A stretch of 64,000 bases of DNA, taken from contig OX597824.1 of the NCBI GenBank assembly GCA_951406725.2, positions 92,442,001-92,506,000 of the forward strand, in the 5' to 3' direction. A model generated the notes under the pieces. That model had not been told where the DNA came from, did not search any database, and saw nothing but the letters and a program-made list of their open reading frames with translations. Position 1 is the first letter of the stretch. Every line of letters begins with the position of its first letter. Source of the stretch: Octopus vulgaris. Lineage: Eukaryota. Both the position numbers and the translations under genes were made by a program. This document shows positions 47,681-64,000 of the stretch, piece after piece.

Positions 47681-47923
47681 TATATATATATATAAAAGTA
47701 TATGTATACACCTACATGCTTTCACTATATATGTATATATTTATACGTTCTTTAAGGAGCTGTATGGATATTAGATATAAAGAAGAGATGGCAATCAAGC
47801 TTTTGAGAAATTATTTATTTCGCGCTTTCATCTCGTCTTACAGATTCATCCGGATGATATTTTGTACAGGGAAATTTCCAGAAATGTGAGTTAGATGAAA
47901 AAAATCTGGAGCTGAATTGAGAA

Positions 47924-47959
<36 letters not shown>

Positions 47960-48245
47960 CTAAGTAAGTCTGTGCGTGTGGTGAATTATTATCTCACTTA
48001 CATATACCAGACATAATTTTAAAAAGTGTTTTCTACACCTGACGAATCTCTAAAACGAAATGAAAACGCTAAATAATTATTCAAAATCTTGATTACCTAG
48101 TTTTTCGCGATATATATATATGCAAACGCATTGTAAAACCAAAATGTTAATATTTCAGAAAAAACTTATAGATTCACCATTACATAGTAAAATCGTTATA
48201 CTATAATGTATATATTTGGTTGTGAGTGTGTGTGGGGGAGTGTAT

Positions 48246-48545
48246 ACTCTTTTATTCTTTTACTTGTCTCAGTCATTTGATTGCGGCCATGCTGGAGTAC
48301 CGCTTTAAATGGCTTTAGTCGAAGAAATCGACCTTAGGACTTATTCTTTTGTTGTCTTTTGCCGAAGATGGGGACATAATAAACAAACCAGTATCGGTTG
48401 TCAAGCGCCTACCAAATCCACGCTCAAGGCATTGCTCAGCTCGAGGCTATAGTAGAAGCCACTTGCCCAAGTTATCCCGCAGTGGCGCTGAATCCGGAAC
48501 CATGCGACTGAGCAGCAAGATTTTTCCCGTACAGCCATCCCTGTG
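48246..48545 (-). mobile_element. SINE family A, internally deleted
   Basis: Tail and head present, central microsatellite missing. Confidence 0.8.
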
Positions 48546-48837
48546 TACATATACACACATAAATATGTTGAGCGAAATGGTAGGGCTAAGAGAGAAAGGA
48601 AGAACATGAGTGGGAGCGTATGTAATTAGGTAGAAAGGTTATTAATATGAGCGCATCGCAAACACGTACTCTATTTAATTATCTGTACACTTAGGAATAT
48701 ATTGAAAAGTGGTTGCGATGTCCTTTTCATTTATTGGATTGACTGATAGTAGAGATTATACAAAATGTTACCTAATAAGCTTCTGCCTTAAGGTATATTC
48801 GTGTTTATCATCTGCAGTGTAGACATAAATACATACA

Positions 48838-51800
48838 CATATGCGGACAGATATATCCATGTTTATTTTTTACTGCATCAACAAGTGCGAATGCCTACTT
48901 TTCTATTTACGAATATTTATTTTCAACTTTCGATAGACATTTAGAACCATGTATAACTGCCATATATGAACCGTCAACCAATTTATGCAAGTGTACAGCT
49001 CCCTTTCCATAATTTGACGCTTCTGCAGCAACGATAAGCTCCTTACGTGGAAGAAAATGAGTCAAAACCTCTTTGAATTTCTGGAATAACTCTTGACATT
49101 ATGGACACCAATCCTATTTTGCGTTGGTAACCGTAATGAGCTTAGAAGAACCCGCATTTGATGCATGTGAGGGATGAACGAGCAGTAATAATTAAATATT
49201 CTTAAAAAAAGAACGTGGTTTAGTTATGTCTGTGGGTGGTGGCAATTGCAGGATAATCGCCGTTTTCAGGATCTGGAAAATGTCCATCTTATTAACGACA
49301 TAACCCAAGTATGCTAACTGAAGAAGAAAATGTTGGTATTTTTCTGGTTTTAATGAGTTTCCTTAAATGGTCTTTCTGCTCCCCTTGAATTGATGATAAA
49401 AAGATAATGTCATCGAGGCATGTACAGGTGAATGGAAAATTTAGAACCATGATATCCAATATTTGTTGAAAATCCCTGCGTAGATTTGCACTAAATGATT
49501 ATCTGTTATTTTGGTATAATCCATGATGAGTATCTTTTCTTGGGAGTCCTTTTGATGCCTCGTTTGCAGCTATTTGCAAATATGCTTCGGTTAAGTCAAT
49601 CTTAGAAAACCATTTCCCCCCATTTAATCTTGCAAAGATGTCTTCGGGAACAGGCAGTGGATAGCAATGTGAGACTTATGAATAATTAATTCTCGTCGAC
49701 GGTCAGCACATATACCTATGTAGCCATTTGGTTTCGTTACTATAACAATGGACCCTGCCAATGAAGTATAATTCACTTTTGCTTTTACATTTAAATTTTC
49801 TAATTTTCTTATTTATCCACTTCGTTTTCAATTAGCGATAACGAATCATAAGGTACTGGCCTTTCGGTTTCAAAACAGGTGTGACATTGAGTGTAAGGTA
49901 CAAAGATGCTGTAAATTTTGTACATAATTCTAAATCAACTTCGAAAATTGATTAAAATTCTTGCTGAACATTTCTGATATGTTTAATATCTGTAATGCCA
50001 GTCTTATTTAAGAGGGCATGGTTTACTTGACTTAGCTCTCTCTTCCACAACGAATCTTCCTCATTGTTCGACCATGGTCGAGACAATGGAATTTACTATG
50101 TTACGCCAGAGCTCACGGTCCATCATAGCATTACGGAGGTCCTGTTCCTGGACGCCCGTATCTCTGAAGATTACATCAGCGTAGGAGAGTGTGCGCCCTC
50201 TGGTATCGCGAGCAGATGGCTTCCAGAGGAGAAGAGTACAAATTACCTCGTTTTCAGGTCTACAACAATGTCCAACAAACTGGACTCTTCTACCTTTCAC
50301 AATAGATGATACAGGTGGTAATTTCCCATATATTACCACCTGTAATATATGTAATATATAAAGTTTCTCAATCCATTCTGTTCCAAGGATATCCAGGTAA
50401 GGATTCCTATTAATGTAGCAAATTCCAGAATGAATGTAAATTGAGCTTTTGAATGAATAAAAATATATTTTACTTTTGATAACCAATGGCTTGTTGGAAG
50501 CATTCTTGCCTTTTTGTTTAGTTAATAAAAAGGTTGGTTTACCGATTTTGTGCCACGTTTCTTCAGGAATTATGGTAATATCAGATTTAGTGTCAAGCTG
50601 TAAGCATATATTATATACCATATATCATAGCATATATCATATCCATGTATCTGTACGGTAATATATTTCCTTTTTGAAGCGATTTCCCCCTTAAATGTGG
50701 CGTAAAATCCATTCAATAATACTTTATGGGGTGGAATCGTATTCAATGGTTTTTTTCTCTGTTACTAGAATACCAGAACGGTAACAATGATCGTTTTTAT
50801 ATCCATTATTGTGATATTTGAGACACTTTTGTTCTTGTGAGGACAACGATTTGCATAGTGCTGCCTGCCACAGTTCCAACATGCTGTCGGAGTGTGTCAC
50901 TGAGTTATTGCAAATGCATCAAGCGATTTTGAATCCTGAGGAACCCAGATTTGTTTCTTTGCATTAATGGTTGAAACTATTTCATTTCCTGCCTAATTTT
51001 TGTATCATATTAACTAGTCGTTGACATTCACACGCTAGTTTTTGTAAGGCTATGTTGTCGGATATGTCCAGTTTGGCTAGAATATGAGTACTTGGTGATG
51101 TCAGGCCAGATACGAAAATTAGAATCTTAAATTCGTCATTGCCTGATGATAACGTTTTCAAATTTTGTTTTATGCGAGCAGCATATATAATAGGACCACC
51201 TTTCTCATTTCAAATATTTACATCTCATGTCAAACAATGAAGTTGTCTCAAAGAACATGTTTGTATGTTGGTCCACTGTAATTTTAAAGTCAAATTCATT
51301 AGAATCTTTAGATGATACAGAGTTTAAGTACTTCTATTCAATACTGCCTAATTTTTGCAGTAGTAGTCTTGCCTATCTCCGAATCATCTTGTTTTAATGC
51401 TTCAGTGACGAAAAAGATCTTGATAACGTTTATACCAGGATACAAAATTTAATTTGTTTTGTTCATCGTATTCAAAGGTAGAAAGCTTCTCGAAACCTTT
51501 TGAAGTGATGCTGCTTTGATTGTTAATCAACGTAGTTGGATATGACTGCATAAGGTTGGAATCTAAAGCTGTTGAAATATCCGTTACTGTTTCTCACGTT
51601 GTTTTTGTAGTTCTAAGAACTTCTGCTGCATGCACAACAAACTATTAAGATCTGCAGTAATTGATGTTTTTATCCTCGTTGTCAAACAATGTTATACCGT
51701 AGGAAAGAATAAAGATATTGTGCTCAGAACGAACACTACTGCAAAAAGTGCAAAACGAATTATAAAATGGTAGACTATGATACAAGTTGTCCTCTATTTA

Positions 51801-51846
51801 AATGAATAAGACTGTACTGAGAACAAGCACAGCCCGGTGGAAAACA
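48838..51846 (-). mobile_element. Degenerate Ty3/Gypsy LTR retrotransposon (gag-PR-RT-RNase H; integrase not seen)
   Basis: Zinc knuckle CWNCGRQHYANRC (about 50850-50885), protease LQLDTKSDITII, RT YPLPVPEDIFARLNGGKWFSKIDLTEAYLQI (about 49570-49665), RNase H LIVAAEASNYGKGAV...NKYS*IEK*AFALV. Candidate 5' LTR TG...CA at about 51693-51846, followed by a degenerate PBS tgacaacgagg. Confidence 0.88.
50058..50339 (-). mobile_element. RTE-clade LINE 3' fragment nested in the Gypsy element
   Basis: IYGKLPPVSSIVKGRRVQFVGHCCR...LLLWKP...DLRNAMMDRELWR is a typical RTE ORF C-terminus. Confidence 0.85.
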
Positions 51847-52004
51847 AATCATCAATCCATAAATTAGGGGTCACTTTAATGGATGAGTAGGCGTTAGCTA
51901 AAAGATAAACGATGTGGGATAGGAAAATTTTACATGAAAGAATCACATCGCATGCTTTTTATTTGAACTGAATTAATTTTTTTCTTTTAGTTTTTTTCAG
52001 TATC

Positions 52005-52495
52005 ACCGAGTATTTTTATGGTCAGCTGAAAGTAGTTTTGGCGCAAACTTGGCAGATACGCGTTTCATACCCAAATCTTCAGTGATAATGGACTGAACTG
52101 AACCGCAACTAATCTGCACATCCTCTGATAACTCATGGATAGTGATTCTACGATTTCCTCTCACGACTACACGCACATCTGTGATGTTTTTCTCAGTTCA
52201 GTTGGTTGTGGATCTCCCAGAACGTTCGTCAATATCGACATTTCTTCGACCATCTTGGAAACGTCTGAACCACTATCGTACACGTTCGTGTGTCTTATAC
52301 ACCCCTCTCCATTAGCGTTCTTCAAATTTACGTAGGCCTCAGAGCAGGTAACGCCATCACAACTTTCTCTTTCGTGTTCAATATAACAATCACACAGTAC
52401 ACGCAATCCTTCCGACCACTGCTGTAAACAGCAGATGTAAGGTAGGTAGCTAATACTTAGTGTGTATGCAGGGCGGTATTCAAGATCAATTCTGT
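52005..52495 (-). mobile_element. mariner transposon 5' remnant (HTH region)
   Basis: After a frameshift reads WFRRFQDGRRNVDIDERSGRSTT...RRITIHELSEDVQISCGSVQSIITEDLGMKRVSAKFAPKLL. Confidence 0.88.
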
Positions 52496-52496
52496 A

Positions 52497-52578
<82 letters not shown>

Positions 52579-52696
52579 CGCGCATACATACACATAAATG
52601 TACTTAAAACTAGGAAGTGTAGTTGAATTATCACATGGAATGTTATGAAAATATATATCTATATTCTGAGAAAAAAAAAATTACGACGTAAATTTC

Positions 52697-52929
52697 AGGC
52701 GGCGAGCTGGTAGAAACGTTAGCACGACGGGCGAAATGCTTTGCGGTATTTCGTTTGCCGCTACGTCCTGAGTTCAAATTCCGCCGTGGTCGACTTTGTC
52801 TTTCATCCTTTCGGGGTCGATTAAATTAGTACAAATTACGCACTGTATATATATAATAGATTTAATCCGTTTGTCTGTCCTTGTTTGTCCCCTCTGTGTG
52901 TAACCCCTTGTGGGCAATAAAGAAATAAG
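52697..52929 (+). mobile_element. SINE family B, full-length
   Basis: ggcggcgagctggtagaaacgttagc...tttcatcctttcggggtcga...aataaagaaata. Confidence 0.9.
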
Positions 52930-53996
52930 AGAATTTTACGACGCAAATGGTAGCGTCCATCGCAGCTGCATAGACGTCTTATGATATGTTTGCGAGGTAT
53001 GAAGACTGTATACTTGGCACTTGACCATATAAGCATACACATACCGCAAAAAAAGCCCTCTTCTTATTCTAAAATACAAATCTGTACATTAATAAATATT
53101 TTTATCTCTTTTTCTGACTCTGTATATCTGTCTGTCTCCCCTACTATCTCTTTCACTCTCTCTTCCTCTCTCTCTCTCTCTCTCGCTCTTCATATATATA
53201 TATATATATTCACACAAACATAAATACAAATGTGTTTTATTTTTTTTTCCTTTTTTACGTATAGGTTGTGTCTCTGTCTAGCAAATACACTGGAAAATAT
53301 TCTGGCAAGGTGACATGTATTACGATGTATATAGTATTTCATTATCTCTTACGTTTTATAGCACTTAATATGATAAAATATAATATAGAAAGCCACCGCG
53401 CGTACACAAGACCTAACCGACACCTTCTGCGCCAGGATTATTACCGAGATTGGAGGTTATATTTCGCTTGGACCGATTGCACCTCGTAAACTCGATCTAT
53501 TTGATGTAATTTTTTTAATATTGTCTTTGATTGAAGGCACTTATGAAAAGACACCGTCTGATTGAATATTAACAAGTTTATATTGATATTCTGACTGTCA
53601 TTAAATTTGATGTTAATAGAGTTGAGAATGAGATTCACAAACTGGACACAAATCTTATTATAACGTCTTGCTTTTGTGTAAGACAAAGTTTTAAAGTATC
53701 TCATCTCATCTCATTAAGCTTTGCGCTTCGATGTTGTTTCGAAAAGAAAAAGAGATGGGGCGGGGGGTGGGGGTAATGAAGACGAAATGTGACTTGCAGG
53801 TTTCTCAGAGAATGTATACACGTTCATGGATGCATACATACGTACACAGACATAATATATATTTCTCTGTGTGTGAGTGAGTGTGTACAGACATAAATAT
53901 ATGTATGCATATATACATGTCTCTATGTATCTATACCTATCTGTCTACCTGCCTATCTCACTCTCTCTACTATTATATATATATATATATATACAT

Positions 53997-54126
53997 ATAC
54001 ACGAGAGGTTTCTTTCAGTTTCCGTCTACCAAATCCACTCACAAGGCTTTGGTCGGTCCGAGGCTATGGTAAATGACAATTGCCCAAGGTGCCACGCAGT
54101 GGGACTGAACCCGGAACAATGTGGTT

Positions 54127-54129
<3 letters not shown>
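53997..54129 (-). mobile_element. SINE family A fragment
   Basis: ttctttcagtttccgtctaccaaatccactcacaagg...gggactgaacccgg. Confidence 0.85.
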
Positions 54130-54186
<57 letters not shown>

Positions 54187-54301
54187 CATATACATATATA
54201 TATTATATTTAGATATATGTATATATTTATATATATAGATATATCTTTATTTATTTGTTTATATATATGTGTATATATATTATATATATGTATATATATA
54301 T

Positions 54302-54988
54302 AAGCATTAATAAATCTCTGAACGAGATATAAACAGGAACCGCTCGACAACGTAAAGTGTACTAGCTATCTGAATGTGGCTAGCCACTGGGGGTGGGGTG
54401 TTACTGATGCTTTTAGCCCCAGGAGATCAACGTCACCAGCTGGCCTTAGACACAAAATTTCAGTGCCCTTGTGTTATTTGCAAAGGGAGGTCATCCTCCC
54501 TCGAAAACCTAAGTGATACATACGGACTATAATTTCAAGGTAATTACCTCTCGTCAACGCATGGTAAACACCGGTTTTCACTGAAGGAGACCTTTGCAAA
54601 TAATAATATTTAACGTTTTTCACAGCAACCACTGTCACTGATTTAGAAAAACTGTCTGAAAGCATTAATAAATCTCTGAACGAGATATAAACAGTAACCG
54701 CTCGACAACGTAAAGTGTACTAGCCATCTGAATGTGGCTAGCCATCTGAATGTGGCTAGCCACTGGGGGTGGGGTGTTACTGATGCTTTTAGCCCCAGGA
54801 GATCAACGTCACCAGCTGGCCTTAGACACAAAATTTCAGTGCCCTTGTGTTATTTACAAAGGGAGGTCATCCTCCCTCGAAAACCTAAGTGATACATACG
54901 GACTATAGTTTCAAGGTAATTGCCTCTCGTCAACGCATGGTAAACACCGGTTTTCGATGAAGGAGGCCTTTGCAAATAATAATAATAT
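54302..54988 (-). mobile_element. Head-to-tail tandem (358-bp period) with a type I hammerhead-like motif in each unit, family H4 (retrozyme / PLE-pLTR-like)
   Basis: Units start at 54302 and 54660. Minus-strand motifs at 54519-54563 and 54895-54939. Confidence 0.8.
54895..54939 (-). ncRNA. Putative type I hammerhead ribozyme (U3 variant)
   Basis: CAUGCG UUGACGA GAGGC-AAUU-ACCUU GAAAC-UAUA-GUC^CGUAUG; all three stems pair. Confidence 0.7.
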
Positions 54989-55864
54989 ATAATCGCTTAC
55001 ATATATAGGGATGAGAGAAAGAAATATACTGATGAGAGAGTCAGAGACAAAGCACATATGTACATGGTGACTAATATCAAGTTTCAAATATCAAGAAAAA
55101 TACCCTTCCACAAAATTATTATATAGGAGCCATTCACCAATTAGAGCTAACGAACTACATACGATAAGGTGATGATTAATAAAAATAACCACTTGAACAC
55201 AAGTACAGTCCATCAGACTGTTTTCAACCCCGTCTAAATGAACAGCATTCGCTTCACAAGGTTTTGGTCAAAATATGACAACGACAGATGATTTCAGTTT
55301 AATGGACGAGTTATCGGAACAAACTAAGAATATCATGAGGGCATGATTAGCTATTAAACTCTTGGTTCTTGTCGGCACATATGTACGCATATTTATTTAC
55401 ATACACATAGTCGCACACAACGAAAACTTGCATTCGTGATGTTTACTAAGTTGTTTCATTTTAGATGTGTTTTGTTTTTCTTAGCATCAGATCTATCCTG
55501 ATACGGAAGACTATATCCCAGCATAATTATCCTGCCAGATCAACAAATATGCAATTATAATGAATTCGATTGGCGCTGTTATGTATGCCCTTTCTTTTGC
55601 TTCTGAGCGCAAAGAATGACGTAACGATTTTGAACGTAATTCACCCGATAATTTCAGGCTACTTTTCTTCCACCTGTAAATCCCTGTTAGGTCTACATGC
55701 ACGAATTACAAACGTACTCCTCATAAACAAGTTTTATTTTTTCTTTAAAGTAGAAAATCTTTAGTAGTTTGGGTTTTTAATATATCTGATATCCATAAAG
55801 ATTATAAAGGCTTAAATACTCATACACCCACCTCTCAAAATATTTGAGAATAAACCATCAACAA

Positions 55865-55973
55865 ATAATTGCTTCGGCAGCATATATACTAAAATTGAAA
55901 CGATAGAGAGAAGATTAGAGTGGCCCCTGCCCATGGATGATACGCAAATTCACAAAGCATTCCACTTTTTTTT
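55865..55973 (+). pseudogene. U6: U6 snRNA pseudogene
   Basis: Full-length collinear match (ttgcttcggcagcatatatactaaaattg...gagaagattag..tggcccctgc..atggatgatacgcaaattc..aagc.ttcca-polyT). ACAGAGA box mutated to AGAGAGA and AGC triad to AGA. Confidence 0.92.
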
Positions 55974-55976
55974 ATA

Positions 55977-56646
<670 letters not shown>

Positions 56647-57257
56647 AAAAAAAAAACCTTTACAGCAACTTATGACCGACATTACGAGTGCAGCGACATC
56701 AGAAAATCTCCAACGCCGGAATGAATACAATGTATCGTTTAAATCTTAAGAACCATCAACAGATATTTCTTTAATACGAGTTCAGTTATATGGATTTTGA
56801 GAAATACGATTGTTATTTGGCTTCTGAAAGTGACTAATTTTTTTTCCATGAATGTGGTATTTCCACTATCTCCACTACTTCAAAATACGTAATTCACTTT
56901 TTTTTTCCATATTATTTTGGAAATTACTCCAATATTTTTGTGTATGGTGGTTGAGAAACTTTTCAAGAAAAAAAAAAGTAACAACGAAAGATTGAACGAA
57001 ATCATTATCAGTCAAAGAAATGATTTTGGCAATTTATTTTATTATTGTTTCCTTCTATATTTTACTAGGGTTTTTGTTTATAATATCTTTTTTTTTTTCA
57101 CAACAGTTAATTGGTTTCTCCTATCAAACATTTATAATACAAACCAGTCTCTCTTTTTGATATTCTTTTATCCAATTTATCAAATATATTTTCCCACTGT
57201 CATGTTTCTGTTTTCTTTCTCTATCTAATCGCTCTGGCTATCTCTTAATACACTCTC

Positions 57258-57325
57258 CTATTCATTTCTTTTACTGGTTTCATTCATTAGACTGCGGCCA
57301 TGCCGGGGTTCTGCCTTGAAAACTT
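57258..57325 (-). mobile_element. SINE family A tail fragment
   Basis: cttttactggtttcattcattagactgcggccatgc. Confidence 0.65.
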
Positions 57326-58442
57326 TAAGCCGAGTGTTTTCTATTGAAGAAATTATTGCTGAAGAATCACTCCTTCTGGATATACCTAATATAATATTCA
57401 AAATCTTTATATACAGATTCTTTAAAAATAGCAGTACTTGCATTAATGAAAATAGATAAAATGATATACAACTATACATTGGTGACCATCCAATGACCAA
57501 AACCTATCCAATAAGTAATACTGTGTATAACACCGACAGTAGTATTAAAAAATATATTTTGTCTCTAAGTAACCATATATTTTTCTAACTACCCAAAATA
57601 AACATTTTGACTCTAAATTCCTTGAATAAATATTTAGTTTCTAGCTCGGCAAAATAAATATTTTATCGCAATCTCCACAAAATAAATATTTTATTTCTAA
57701 ATACCCCAAATAAATATTCTGTCTCCACCCAAATATTACATTAAACATTATCTTTAATACCGCCCATTATTCCGATAAGTAATTTGAATAAACACAAGTA
57801 TTCATTTGGATACCGGATTAAGATGGCCCCTATATTTATTCAAAGTTCAGTTTAACAACAAAAACATTTGACCCTTTTCAGGATCTCGGATCTAGAAAAC
57901 CACTCAGGAGATATCCCTAACATCGATTTTTATGTTTGAAAAGAGTTACAATATAAAGAAACGACCAAAGGTCGTCAGACACCAAACACCAATGAGAGGA
58001 CGTTTGTTTGTTTGGTTTTCTCTGAATGCGTGAAAATTTGGTGAGATGGATTTCAATGCAAGGAAATGATATCCAATATCCCAACGCAAAGCGAAAGCAT
58101 TTTCTTTGCCCCGAATAAATCGGAGACTTCGTGGCTGGAGAAGAAATTATCAGATTTAGAAGGTGTCAAAGTCAAGGTTTCATTATTGATTAAGATCCAA
58201 GACTGATGATTGAATACGTTGCTATTCAGAAGTGAATGAAATTGAAGAACTGGTCGCTAGATTGACTTCGTATAAACGATTTCCGCAATAAATAGACATA
58301 CTTGTGTGCAACCGACGCCTGGGGTTAAATGTAATTGTGCGTGCGTTTGAAGTCATGTGAGCACAAGTGACAGCTGACGCACACATTCAAACATGGTCAC
58401 ACACACAAATACACAAACACAATATATATGCGTATGTATATA

Positions 58443-58501
<59 letters not shown>

Positions 58502-58552
58502 ATGTATGTATATATATATATATATATGTATATGTATAAGCACATATATGCT

Positions 58553-58613
<61 letters not shown>

Positions 58614-58643
58614 ACGCACATATATGTTTGTACATATATATAT

Positions 58644-58800
58644 GACTGAGTGGTAAGAAGCTTGTTATCCAACCACATCATTCCGGGTTCAGTCCCACTA
58701 CCTTGAAATTTGGGACGGTGTATTCTACTATAGCTTCGGGTTGACCAAAGACCTGTGAGTGGATTTGGTAGACGGAAACTGAAAGAAGCCAGTCGTATAT
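58644..58800 (+). mobile_element. SINE family A 5' half
   Basis: gagtggtaagaagcttg...gggttcagtccc...gacggaaactgaaagaagcc. Confidence 0.85.
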
Positions 58801-58801
58801 A

Positions 58802-58832
<31 letters not shown>

Positions 58833-59299
58833 GTATACACGCATATATATACATATATAACAAATGAAAGACAAATGATGGAATATAGGAGATAATTCTT
58901 TCGACATATACACACTAATATATATTTCATATATGTATATATATAAATTTACACATATATACACACACATACACATAAACATACACATATACTTATATCA
59001 CGCTGTGCGCATCGTGCGTATGTATCAGTGCATCGCTTTAATGTAAGTTGGTATATATCTGGAGGCGGGGCTAGTCTGTGTGTTTGTGTGTATACACGCA
59101 CGATAGTATATACTATATACTGTGTGTGTATATACGTGCATGCGTACATAAATTTGCGTAAAACTGAAAAATCATCCGCATGTATAATTCTCATACACGC
59201 ACAAACACACTCGCACACATATACCACGCGCACAAACACATAACGCTTCACAATACATGGTGCATACATACTCGCAAACAAACACCTACTCCTGCATAT

Positions 59300-61410
<2,111 letters not shown>

Positions 61411-61423
61411 ATTGATAGAAATA

Positions 61424-61621
61424 TAGGAGTGGCTGTTGCAAGGTACTTCCTGGCCAACCACAAGCTTCTGAGTTCAGTCCCACAGTGTGAGGCATTGGAC
61501 AAGTGTCATTTACCATTGCCTCGGATTGACAAAGCCTTGTGAGTGGATTTGTTAGACAGAAACTGTAAGAAGCCTGTCGTGAATATGTGTGGGTCTGTGT
61601 GTTGTGTGGGCGTATGGGATT

Positions 61622-61659
<38 letters not shown>

Positions 61660-61852
61660 CTATCTGTTTCCCCATAACAGCTTGACAACCACTGTCGTTG
61701 TGTTTACATCCTTGTAATCTTGCGGATGAGCAAAAGAGATCGAGAAAGTATTATGCTTTAAAAAGTAAGTCATGGAGACGATATGTTCAACTAAAACCCG
61801 TCAATGTGCTGCTTCCGTACGCCTGCAGTCAAATGACGGACACAATTAAAAA
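61424..61852 (+). mobile_element. SINE family A, diverged full-length
   Basis: Collinear with the other copies. Confidence 0.8.
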
Positions 61853-61930
61853 ATCATAGTGAAGCCCCAGATTCAGTAATTATGCGAATAAGGTATTCAA
61901 CGTAGGTCATATATCAGCATATATATATTA

Positions 61931-61969
<39 letters not shown>

Positions 61970-61974
<5 letters not shown>

Positions 61975-62176
61975 ATCCAAAGAAGAAAGCACAAAAAACA
62001 CAACAACAGGGAGGACGTGGAACAAATATAATATTATTGGACGCTCAGAAAAGAAGGAAAGAAGGAGGGTTTAACGTTTCGAGAGAAGCTCTTCGTCGGA
62101 AACATAGAAAAAGGAAAGATCCAGAGAAGAGAAGACAGAGGAAAAAAATCGCCAACGGTACAGACGCGGTCACATT
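61970..62176 (-). mobile_element. Hammerhead-like element family H2, copy 2
   Basis: Reverse complement of 26965-27171; motif at 62069-62103; TA flanks. Confidence 0.78.
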
Positions 62177-62197
62177 TATATATATATATATATTACT

Positions 62198-63146
<949 letters not shown>

Positions 63147-63153
63147 AGTAATA

Positions 63154-63198
<45 letters not shown>

Positions 63199-63235
63199 TA
63201 CTTATATTCGAAGAAATAAATTGTAAAGAAAGCCA

Positions 63236-63475
63236 TGCTTCGACATAGGGGAAGATCAAATCCCAACCATCACAGAAAAGCCGAAAAATTGTTTGTTAAA
63301 GGTTTTCAACTACGTCTGATGCGCTCTGAAACCATTAAGGAAAGCAAACTAGACACGCAGTGCTGGTTGAGAGCTGTAGAGAGATGTAGACTGGGATTTA
63401 GACACTTGGGATCTGGCAGAATACAAATGGTATGGTCCATAGAGCACATGGGGAGTATGTTGGACTACAAGGTAG
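63236..63475 (+). mobile_element. Degenerate HERO/NeSL-like RLE non-LTR retrotransposon RT-thumb fragment
   Basis: FDIGEDQIPTITEKPKNCLLKVF then, after a frameshift, WLRAVERCRL. Resembles the 'IPt..EKPVKsLGK.F...WL..vdksgL' segment recalled for HERO-like elements. Confidence 0.5.
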
Positions 63476-64000
63476 GATAATTAACTAATATTTAAAATGT
63501 TGTTTTATGGCCAAGATCCAAAGTAGGTTTCACAGCCAAATCTTCAGACCCTTTTCTCCACTTTAGAAATCCCTAATCTTTTATGGGTTCAGCTCTTTTG
63601 CTTTTATCTTCCCAGCTGGCCATTGTCGTTTGATCGAATTTCAATATATCACTGTTTTAGAGAGAATTAGGGAACGAGAAAGAGAGAGAGAGAGAGAGAG
63701 GGGGGGAAAGAGAGAGAGGGGGGAAAGAGAGATAGTAGGATGTGCGCTAATCTATTGAGGTAAGACAGGTCTAACGAATACAACCACGTGCCACGTGACA
63801 GGTTGTCATGGATAGTGTTTTGTCTAATCCGTACATCTACTATATTGATATGCACCTACTTCCGTCGGTTCACTGATTCAGGTACTATGGTGTAGGTCAT
63901 TGCAGGTACTATGGTGTAGGTAGTATGGCGTAGGTCAGTTTGTTCCCTCAACAAATTGAGTATAGAAATTGTTTATTTCGTGCAGAGAGAAAAAAATTCA

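Noticed and set aside
48039-48070. CTGACGA...GAAA
   Set aside because: Stems I-III do not pair.
50061-50621. 186-aa ORF
   Set aside because: Chance in-frame fusion of a decayed Gypsy protease region with a nested RTE 3' fragment.
52167-52634. 155-aa ORF with an acceptor-like site
   Set aside because: Microsatellite plus frameshifted mariner HTH remnant.
55865-55973. Functional U6 gene
   Set aside because: Catalytic ACAGAGA and AGC motifs are mutated, with many other substitutions.
63879-63935. Three short direct repeats (ggtactatggtgtagg) as a CRISPR-like array
   Set aside because: Tiny degenerate minisatellite without unique spacers, in a eukaryotic context with no cas genes.

Overview
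AT-rich eukaryotic repeat-dense window with no convincing protein-coding gene; it looks intergenic or intronic. The SINE families suggest an octopod cephalopod genome (inference). Most ORFs in the track are translations of microsatellites ((TA)n, (GATA)n, (CA)n, (ATC)n, (TAA)n). Identifiable content: about 25 copies of three tRNA-derived SINE families (CORE-type, Deu/Nin-type and a third), a degenerate Ty3/Gypsy element with a nested RTE fragment, fragments of R4/Dong-, Tx1- and HERO-like non-LTR retrotransposons, Tc1 and mariner remnants, fold-back elements and a U6 snRNA pseudogene. The main unexplained signal is at least five families of short (170-480 bp) non-coding elements inserted in (TA)n tracts. 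Each carries a type I hammerhead-ribozyme-like motif with a minimal or palindromic stem III and often a non-canonical core. They occur as monomers, head-to-tail tandems (376 and 482 nt between predicted cleavage sites) and inverted pairs, which is the architecture of retrozymes or non-autonomous Penelope-like pLTRs. All structures were read by eye, none is experimentally confirmed, and coordinates of degenerate copies are approximate.
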